DNA of 9,617 nt, taken from contig PWLL01000059.1 of assembly GCA_003559395.1 (NCBI GenBank), positions 1 to 9,617 of the forward strand. Reading direction: 5' to 3'. The position numbers and the translations under genes were made by a program. Origin of the DNA: Candidatus Iainarchaeum sp. Its GTDB lineage: Archaea; Iainarchaeota; Iainarchaeia; Iainarchaeales; CSSED10-239. The notes beneath the pieces are model-generated. The model saw only the letters and a list, made by a program, of their open reading frames with translations, made no database searches and was not told the DNA's origin. This document shows, in pieces, positions 1 to 5,307 of this stretch (within the stretch, counting starts at the first letter, position 1; every line of letters starts with the position of its first letter).

Positions 1-144
1 AAAAAAGCACCTGTAAAAAAGAAAGCAGTTGCTAAGAAAAAAGCACCTGTAAAAAAGAAAGCAGTTGTTAAGAAAAAAGCACCTGTAAAAAAGAAAGCAG
101 TTGTTAAGAAAAAAGCACCTGTAAAAAGAAAACCAGCTGCAAAG
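1..144 (+). repeat. 36-bp (12-codon) in-frame tandem repeat. There are three near-identical copies (1-36, 37-72, 73-108) and one diverged copy (109-144). The array may continue beyond the left edge.
   Basis: Direct reading gives the unit aaaaaagcacctgtaaaaaagaaagcagttg(c/t)taag. Copy 1 differs from copies 2 and 3 by one base (gct vs gtt at 31-33). Copy 4 diverges after base 126. Confidence 0.9.
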
Positions 145-168
145 AAAACAACAAAAAAGAAAAGATAA
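1..168 (+). CDS. C-terminal 55 codons of a gene entering from the left edge. It encodes a Lys/Ala/Pro/Val-rich basic tail resembling histone H1 / Hc1-type low-complexity nucleic-acid-binding tails. The N-terminal domain lies outside the window.
   Basis: Frame +1 is open from base 1 to TAA at 166-168. It reads KKAPVKKKAVAK KKAPVKKKAVVK KKAPVKKKAVVK KKAPVKRKPAAK KTTKKKR*. It is missing from the ORF track because it has no start in the window. A hairpin plus T-run follows it. Confidence 0.6.
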   Translation, partial: KKAPVKKKAVAKKKAPVKKKAVVKKKAPVKKKAVVKKKAPVKRKPAAKKTTKKKR

Positions 169-193
169 TTTTTATAGTTGCTTTTTAAAATTT

Positions 194-230
194 AACACTT
201 GTGTTTTTTATATGGGCAAGTGTTTTTTTT
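194..230 (+). terminator. Hairpin followed by an oligo-T run, a candidate terminator for the Lys-rich-tail gene.
   Basis: aacacttg (194-201) pairs with caagtgtt (217-224), an 8-bp stem with a 15-nt loop. It runs into T8 (223-230) and sits about 26 nt after the TAA at 166-168. Confidence 0.45.
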
Positions 231-293
231 CTATTTTTCTATTTTTTATATAATAGATGTATATATAATTTTAATGATTCTATAAATATATGT

Positions 294-1406
294 ATGATAA
301 AAAAAATACTTTTAATAGGTTTAGATACAGAAAAAGGAAAAAAAGCCTTTGACTTTTTTATCAATTATCCAGAAAAATATAAAATCTCTGATGTTTGTTT
401 AGTATCAAATGAGATTTCTGAAGAAGATATTAAAAAAATAACTGAAAATAATATTAAAAATATATGTGTAAAAACAGAAACACAAAAAAAACAATTAGAA
501 GAAGCGGTTCCATTTAATATAAATGTTTGTATAAAACCTAATTTTTTTGTAAAACAATCAATTTCAGATATCGTTGTTTTTACAATAGATGATATAGATT
601 CTATTACACAAATATTAACAGCAATAAATGAATATAAAGACCTTTGTTTTTTTGATCTCACTCCTTTATTATATTGTGGAAAAATCATTTTTCAAGAAAT
701 AAGAAACAAAGCAATTAGGTTTTTTATAATCTCTGAAACAATCTATTCTGTAAATCAGACTCTTTTAAATAATAAAAATTCAACATTTAAAAAAATTGGT
801 TTAGTACGTACAATATACAATAAAGAATATTTAAAAAAGCCTACACAAAAAACATTTAATGAGTTTAAAGAACTTTTTTATAATGATTTTCATATAAATA
901 ATGTTTATGATATGTTTTTATTATCTTATATATATAATTTTAATAAAAATAGATTTGTTTTTGGTGAACAAAATAAACCAATTGCAAATAATATTATTAG
1001 TTTTTATGATGGTCGAAATATAATAGACTATATAACAAAAGATAACTATTCTATATTTAACAATTATTTTTTAGAAAAAAAAGATATATCTAAAAAGAAT
1101 CTTTCAAAAGAAGAAACAAAAACTATAACAAATTTATCTATAGATTTTATTGACTATAAAGAAAAACCATTGTTGTCTCTTGCAATAAAAGCACTAGATA
1201 AAAAAGGAACAGCTCCCATTTTATTTTTTATATGTGTAGAACATCTTATTAAAAAAATATATAATAAAAAAATGAAAATAAAAGATTTAGAAAAAACAAT
1301 AGAAGAAGTTGTTTTTAATCAAAAATATTACATCCAACACCCAGATGTTGCAGCAATAATATCTTTAAAAGAAAAAATAGAAGCAGATCTAGATAAGAAA
1401 CTATAA
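294..1406 (+). CDS. DXR-like protein (1-deoxy-D-xylulose-5-phosphate reductoisomerase fold) with degenerate cofactor and catalytic motifs. It is a probable pseudoenzyme of unknown function.
   Basis: The track ORF is 201-1406. I prefer ATG 294 (MIKKILLIG...) because the 31 codons from GTG 201 read as AT-rich intergenic sequence.

The protein is collinear with DXR by eye:
- KKILLIGLDTEKG vs K.ILGSTGSIG
- NYPEKYKISDV vs NP..F.V.AL
- RFFIISETIYSVNQTL vs LLPVDSEHNAIFQSL
- KPLLSLAIKALDKKGTAPILF...VEH vs YP.L.LA.EA...G...P..LNAANE

Its length (370 aa) is similar to DXR (about 390-400 aa). Confidence 0.6.
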   Translation: MIKKILLIGLDTEKGKKAFDFFINYPEKYKISDVCLVSNEISEEDIKKITENNIKNICVKTETQKKQLEEAVPFNINVCIKPNFFVKQSISDIVVFTIDDIDSITQILTAINEYKDLCFFDLTPLLYCGKIIFQEIRNKAIRFFIISETIYSVNQTLLNNKNSTFKKIGLVRTIYNKEYLKKPTQKTFNEFKELFYNDFHINNVYDMFLLSYIYNFNKNRFVFGEQNKPIANNIISFYDGRNIIDYITKDNYSIFNNYFLEKKDISKKNLSKEETKTITNLSIDFIDYKEKPLLSLAIKALDKKGTAPILFFICVEHLIKKIYNKKMKIKDLEKTIEEVVFNQKYYIQHPDVAAIISLKEKIEADLDKKL

Positions 1407-2216
1407 CTCTTCAAGATTTTCTTTTAATATTTTTTTAGAAAATCCTTTTTCTTTTATTTCTTTAAAAAGCTTATTTTTAATAAAATTATTTATAGAATAA
1501 GAAGGCACAACATGTCCAAAACAATATCTATTCTTAAGATCAAAAGTATATCTATTAAAAACAGTACAATAATGAGAACCACCAAACCCACAAACACTCT
1601 CCCAACCAAACTCGTTTTTTAGGTTTTTTGGTGAATAATTTAATAAACTGTTTATTAGTATCTTAGACATATAAAAAACAGCATCTTTATTTAACCAATC
1701 ACAAACATTAGAACCAATCTCAAAAAACAAAATCTTGGTTGAAATAAAAGGACCATGATGTGTGGCTTCTTGTTTTATTTCATATTCTTTTAGGTTTTTT
1801 GGCTTGTTTTTTTTAAGATTTAATAACAAATATCTTATAAGAAAAGCATCAGTTTTTACTAAAGTTTTATCTTTTCCACCAAACTCAGCTTTATCAAAGT
1901 TTCCTAGTGCGTGGGCTGTAAAACACTTGTTTTTATTTTTAGATAAAGTAGAGTGTTTAGATAAAACAACAACCACATCATAAACATCACCCAACATACT
2001 ATCATCAAAAAACAAATGAAGGTTTTTTATGTTTTTAAGAAAGATTTGGTTTTTTGTTTTGTTGTTTTGTACTAGCTTTAATTCTTTATCTTTAGTAAAA
2101 TTATTAAGATAGTAAAAATCATCCTTTTTTTTAAGAAAATCATAATTATTTAATAAAATGTCCTTAAAAACAACAGATGCCATATCTTTTTCAGAAGTAA
2201 GTAATAGTATTTTCAT
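1401..2216 (-). CDS. dtdA: D-aminoacyl-tRNA deacylase, archaeal DtdA type (tRNA_deacylase family).
   Basis: The 271-aa ORF carries the family hallmarks: SKHS..S...FTAHALGNF..AEFGG, EATHHGP, FFEIGS, GFGGSHYC and FGHVVPSY. Its start MKILLLTSEKDMAS is typical of the family. Its 3' end overlaps the convergent gene by 6 nt. Confidence 0.85.
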   Translation of the reverse strand: MKILLLTSEKDMASVVFKDILLNNYDFLKKKDDFYYLNNFTKDKELKLVQNNKTKNQIFLKNIKNLHLFFDDSMLGDVYDVVVVLSKHSTLSKNKNKCFTAHALGNFDKAEFGGKDKTLVKTDAFLIRYLLLNLKKNKPKNLKEYEIKQEATHHGPFISTKILFFEIGSNVCDWLNKDAVFYMSKILINSLLNYSPKNLKNEFGWESVCGFGGSHYCTVFNRYTFDLKNRYCFGHVVPSYSINNFIKNKLFKEIKEKGFSKKILKENLEEL

Positions 2217-2324
2217 ATTTTCTCTTTTTTCATTAGATAACTTTAAAAAAACATATATTCATATATAATATAAGAACAAACAAATTTATAAAGAATATTA
2301 TATTAAGACGTTGGTGATAAAAAT
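2217..2324. promoter_or_regulatory. Divergent intergenic region between dtdA (-) and the 2325 ORF (+). It presumably holds two promoters and contains a GGTGAT ribosome-binding site for the + gene.
   Basis: This is a 108-bp AT-rich spacer with several TATA-like tracts, for example tttaaaaaaa and tttataaag. GGTGAT lies at 2313-2318, 6 nt before ATG 2325. No experimental support is available, and individual boxes cannot be picked reliably in sequence this AT-rich. Confidence 0.35.
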
Positions 2325-2678
2325 ATGATTAATATATCTACAAGCATATTTCCATATAGATTGGATCTAAAAACAAAAGAACCTATAGAACTTACAATAG
2401 ATGTAATAAATATGAACGTTTCTTCAAAATTGTTAAGTTCAGATATAATTCTTTCACCAGAACTTTGTTTAGAAAAAACAGGTATAAAAAAATCAGAGCA
2501 CAAAAGACTTGGAGAAATACTACCAAAACAAAAAATAACATTTAAATACTATATACACCCTTTTCAAGGAGCTACAAAAGGAAGACATCTAGTAAAATTT
2601 AAAATAAAAGAACATTTTAACGACTACAAGTATGTAGAAAACACAACAGAAAAAAGAATAGAGATACCAGTAATATAA
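2325..2678 (+). CDS. Hypothetical small protein (117 aa) with no signal peptide or TM segment. The alternating pattern suggests a beta-sandwich fold.
   Basis: The ORF has a good GGTGAT RBS and is the only long frame in this interval. I recognise no family motif. Confidence 0.6.
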   Translation: MINISTSIFPYRLDLKTKEPIELTIDVINMNVSSKLLSSDIILSPELCLEKTGIKKSEHKRLGEILPKQKITFKYYIHPFQGATKGRHLVKFKIKEHFNDYKYVENTTEKRIEIPVI

Positions 2679-2723
2679 AAGAATATATCAAAACTGTTTT
2701 TATAAAAAAGACATGTGTATTTT

Positions 2724-3374
2724 ATGATGGATATTTTTGAACTTATAAAAAAAGAAGAAAAAAGACAACAAAACACAATAGAACTAATTGCTTCAGAAAA
2801 TATTACATCCAAAAACATAAGACGTGCATGTGGATCTGTTCTAACAAACAAATACGCAGAAGGATATCCGAAAAAAAGATATTATTCCGGATGTGAGATT
2901 GTTGATGAGATTGAACAAAGAGCAATAGATTTATGTAAAGAACTATTTAAGGTCTCTTTTGTTAATGTTCAACCACATTCTGGCTCAAATGCAAATGAAA
3001 TAGCTTATTTTGCTTTATTAGAACCAAAAGACAAAATCCTTGGTATGTCCTTAGATTCAGGAGGACATCTAACACACGGATATAAGATTAATTTTTCTGG
3101 AAAAAACTATGATGCTTATTCTTATGGAGTTAATGAAAAAGGATATATTGACTATCAAGTTCTAGAAAAATATTCTAACCAAGATGTGTATGTTATAGGT
3201 GGGGCATCAGTATATAAACAAGCAATTGAAAAAGCAACTAAGTTAGAGATAACAAGGATAAATAAAGAATATGTTGGAGATACTTTTTTTCCAGAAATTG
3301 ATACAGATGTTTGGACGTTAGTAAATGAACAAAAAAAAGAAGGTTTTTCTTTTTTAACATATATAAGAAAATAA
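2724..3374 (+). CDS. Chimeric ORF. The N-terminal ~150 aa come from serine hydroxymethyltransferase (GlyA/SHMT) and are joined in frame to the C-terminal ~60 aa of dihydrofolate reductase (FolA/DHFR). Both parts are truncated, so this is probably a deletion relic or pseudogene-like fusion.
   Basis: SHMT motifs appear in order: IELIASENITS, LTNKYAEGYPKKRYYSGCE, VNVQPHSGSNAN, GGHLTHG, NFSGKNY..YSYGV....YIDY. The ORF then switches to the DHFR tail: DVYVIGGASVYKQAIEKATKLEITRINKEYVGDTFFPEID...W....

The track ORF starts at GTG 2715. In-frame ATGs lie at 2724 and 2727. Tandem stops TAA TAA lie at 3372-3377. Confidence 0.75.
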   Translation: MMDIFELIKKEEKRQQNTIELIASENITSKNIRRACGSVLTNKYAEGYPKKRYYSGCEIVDEIEQRAIDLCKELFKVSFVNVQPHSGSNANEIAYFALLEPKDKILGMSLDSGGHLTHGYKINFSGKNYDAYSYGVNEKGYIDYQVLEKYSNQDVYVIGGASVYKQAIEKATKLEITRINKEYVGDTFFPEIDTDVWTLVNEQKKEGFSFLTYIRK

Positions 3375-3401
3375 TAAATTTATTTTTTAAAGGTAATAAT
3401 A

Positions 3402-4208
3402 ATGTATTTTATTGGAATTGACCTTGCATGGTCTAAAAAAAATGGTTCAGGAATTGCAATTTTAGAAGGGGATCATAAACAAGCAAAATTAATTTGTTCT
3501 GATGTTTTAACAACAGACGAAGAAATAATTTCATATATAAAAACAAAAACAAAAGATAAACCAGCTATAATAGCAATAGATGCTCCATTAATTGTTCCAA
3601 ATGAAACAGGAAGAAGATATGCAGAAGAACTAACAGGTAAACTATTTAGAAGATTTGATGCAGGAGCACATCCATCAAATAGACAAAGACTAAGTTTGTG
3701 GTCTGGAACTATAAGAGGTGAAGAAATATCAAAAGTTTTTGAAAAAGAAAAATTTGTACAAGATCCATATATTAAAAAACACAAAATCTGTAAAATATTT
3801 TTTGAAGTATATCCACATCCGTCTATGGTAGTTTTATTTAATTTAAAAAGAATACTAAGATATAAAGCAAAACCAAAAAGAGACTATAATTTTAGATACA
3901 AAGAATTTGAAAAATATATAAAAGCGTTAAAAGCTTTAGAAAAAAATAATCCTTCTTTAATATTAACAAAAGAAATCTTAGAAAAAGAATTTTGTTCCTT
4001 AAGAGCACAAAAACTAAAAGATTTTGAAGATCTTTTAGATGGTATCTTTTGTGCATATTTAGCATATTATGCATGGACAAAACCAGAAAACTGTGTTGTT
4101 TTAGGAGACCTTAAAAAAGGATATATTCTTACCCCAGTTTTTGAATATCAAAGAAAAGAACTAAAAGAAATATTGTCTCAAAAAACAATATTTGATTATA
4201 AAAGGTAA
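3402..4208 (+). CDS. DUF429-family protein, a predicted RNase H-fold nuclease.
   Basis: The 268-aa ORF shows these motifs:
- N-terminal FIGIDLAWS....GSGIA
- IIAIDAPLIVPN.TGRR.AE
- FEVYPHPS
- YK.K
- C-terminal DLLDGIFCAYLA

The conserved acidic residues sit in the positions expected for the family. AAAGGT lies about 8 nt upstream of the ATG. Confidence 0.72.
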   Translation: MYFIGIDLAWSKKNGSGIAILEGDHKQAKLICSDVLTTDEEIISYIKTKTKDKPAIIAIDAPLIVPNETGRRYAEELTGKLFRRFDAGAHPSNRQRLSLWSGTIRGEEISKVFEKEKFVQDPYIKKHKICKIFFEVYPHPSMVVLFNLKRILRYKAKPKRDYNFRYKEFEKYIKALKALEKNNPSLILTKEILEKEFCSLRAQKLKDFEDLLDGIFCAYLAYYAWTKPENCVVLGDLKKGYILTPVFEYQRKELKEILSQKTIFDYKR

Positions 4209-4214
4209 AAACAT

Positions 4215-5306
4215 ATGATTGTTGGAATTACAGGCTTTTTAGCTTGTGGAAAAGGAACAATATCTGAATATCTAAAAGAAAAAGGATTTAAAATCTATTC
4301 TTGTTCAGATATTATTAGAGAAGAATGTAAAAAACAAAAACTTGAAATTACTAGAGAAAATCTTCAAATGCTAGGAAACCAGTTAAGAGAAAAACATGGT
4401 TCAAATATTCTTGCAAAAAGACTTGTAGAAAAAATATCTTTAGAAGAAACAAAAGGAAATCATATTTTTGTTGTAGAAAGTATAAGAACCCCTCTTGAGA
4501 TTGAAGAATTTAAAAAACTAAACGATTTTGCCTTAGTGTTTATAGATGCTGATCCAAAAATAAGATATGAAAGAGCAAAAGCAAGACTAAGAGAAAAAGA
4601 AAAAATAGATAGTTATGAAGAATTTATGGCTTCAGAAAAAAAAGAACTAGAAAGTGATGACCCAAACTCTCAACAACTTTTAAAATGTAAAGATGTCTCA
4701 GAGTTTACTGTTACAAACAACACAACTGTAGAAGAGTTTAGAAAAAACATAGATGACTTGTTGCTTAAGCTACAAATAAAATTTAGATGTCATCCTTCTT
4801 GGGATGAATATTTTATGGAGATTGCAAAAGATATATCTAAAAGAAGTAGTTGTCTGTCTACAAATATTGGAGCAATAATAACCGTAGATAACAAAATTGT
4901 TTCAATAGGCTATAACGGAGCACCAAGAAAAGTTAAAGATTGTTATGATAAAGGCTATTGTTTAAGAAGAAAACTAAACATCCCTTCAGGAAAAGAATAT
5001 GAAACCTGTGCAAGTGTGCATGGTGAACAAAACGCAATAATTAATGCTGCTAGACAAGGTGCATCAGTAATAGAAGGTACAATGTATATTTTTGGAGAAA
5101 ATAAATATCAAGGCATTGTGAATCCAATAAACGCTTTTCCATGTTTTATTTGTAAAAAAATGATTATTAACGCAGGAATAAAGAAAGTCGTATGTTCAAC
5201 AAAAGATAAAAAAATGAAAACTTTTTTAGTATCAGACTGGGTAAAAGAATGGCAAGAAAAAGATATTGTTGATGATCCTGAAAAATATTCTTCAAAATAC
5301 AAATAA
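4215..5306 (+). CDS. Two-domain fusion. Residues ~1-188 form a P-loop nucleotide/nucleoside kinase-like domain of the dephospho-CoA-kinase / UPF0200 type. Residues ~193-330 form a dCMP (CMP/dCMP-type zinc) deaminase domain.
   Basis: N-terminal domain: MIVGITGFLACGKGT (Walker-A-like, 4233-4259), VVESIRTP, FIDADPKIRYERAKAR.

C-terminal domain: SWDEYFM..A...S.RS.C....GA.I, GYNG.P, CASVHGEQNAI (HxE at 5019-5027), PCFICKKMIINAGIKKVV (PCxxC at 5139-5153).

The ATG lies 6 nt after the DUF429 stop, and the AAAGGT RBS overlaps that stop. Confidence 0.8.
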   Translation: MIVGITGFLACGKGTISEYLKEKGFKIYSCSDIIREECKKQKLEITRENLQMLGNQLREKHGSNILAKRLVEKISLEETKGNHIFVVESIRTPLEIEEFKKLNDFALVFIDADPKIRYERAKARLREKEKIDSYEEFMASEKKELESDDPNSQQLLKCKDVSEFTVTNNTTVEEFRKNIDDLLLKLQIKFRCHPSWDEYFMEIAKDISKRSSCLSTNIGAIITVDNKIVSIGYNGAPRKVKDCYDKGYCLRRKLNIPSGKEYETCASVHGEQNAIINAARQGASVIEGTMYIFGENKYQGIVNPINAFPCFICKKMIINAGIKKVVCSTKDKKMKTFLVSDWVKEWQEKDIVDDPEKYSSKYK

Positions 5307-5307
5307 G

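Noticed and set aside
1-144. Regularly spaced 36-bp repeats that could be mistaken for a CRISPR array.
   Set aside because: The copies are directly contiguous with no spacers. They lie in frame within an open coding frame that ends at TAA 166-168. This is a coding tandem repeat, not a CRISPR array.
201-293. N-terminal extension of the DXR-like ORF from GTG 201 (MFFIWASVFFLFFYFLYNRCIYNFNDSINIC).
   Set aside because: The Phe/Tyr/Asn/Ile-rich read-through comes from AT-rich intergenic sequence that also contains the upstream terminator hairpin and T-run. The family-like N-terminus (MIKKILLIG) begins at ATG 294.
365-688. Antisense or alternative-frame ORFs on the track: 365-688(-), 1762-1983(+), 2303-2503(-), 2624-2851(-), 3473-3784(-), 3892-4080(-), 5108-5302(-), 5354-5548(+), 6772-7050(+), 7879-8145(+).
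   Set aside because: Each is nested in, or largely overlaps, a longer ORF with clear family motifs. The translations are low-complexity Phe/Ile/Leu/Ser-rich, the mirror of Lys/Glu/Asn-rich coding strands, and have no recognisable motifs or RBS. They are shadow ORFs.
4209-4214. An AvcI-like inhibitory small RNA upstream of the kinase-deaminase, as in the AvcID system.
   Set aside because: Only 6 non-coding nucleotides lie upstream of the gene, because the DUF429 CDS occupies the space. I see no repeat or structured element that would support an sRNA. An RNA embedded in or antisense to DUF429 cannot be excluded, but nothing in the sequence supports it.
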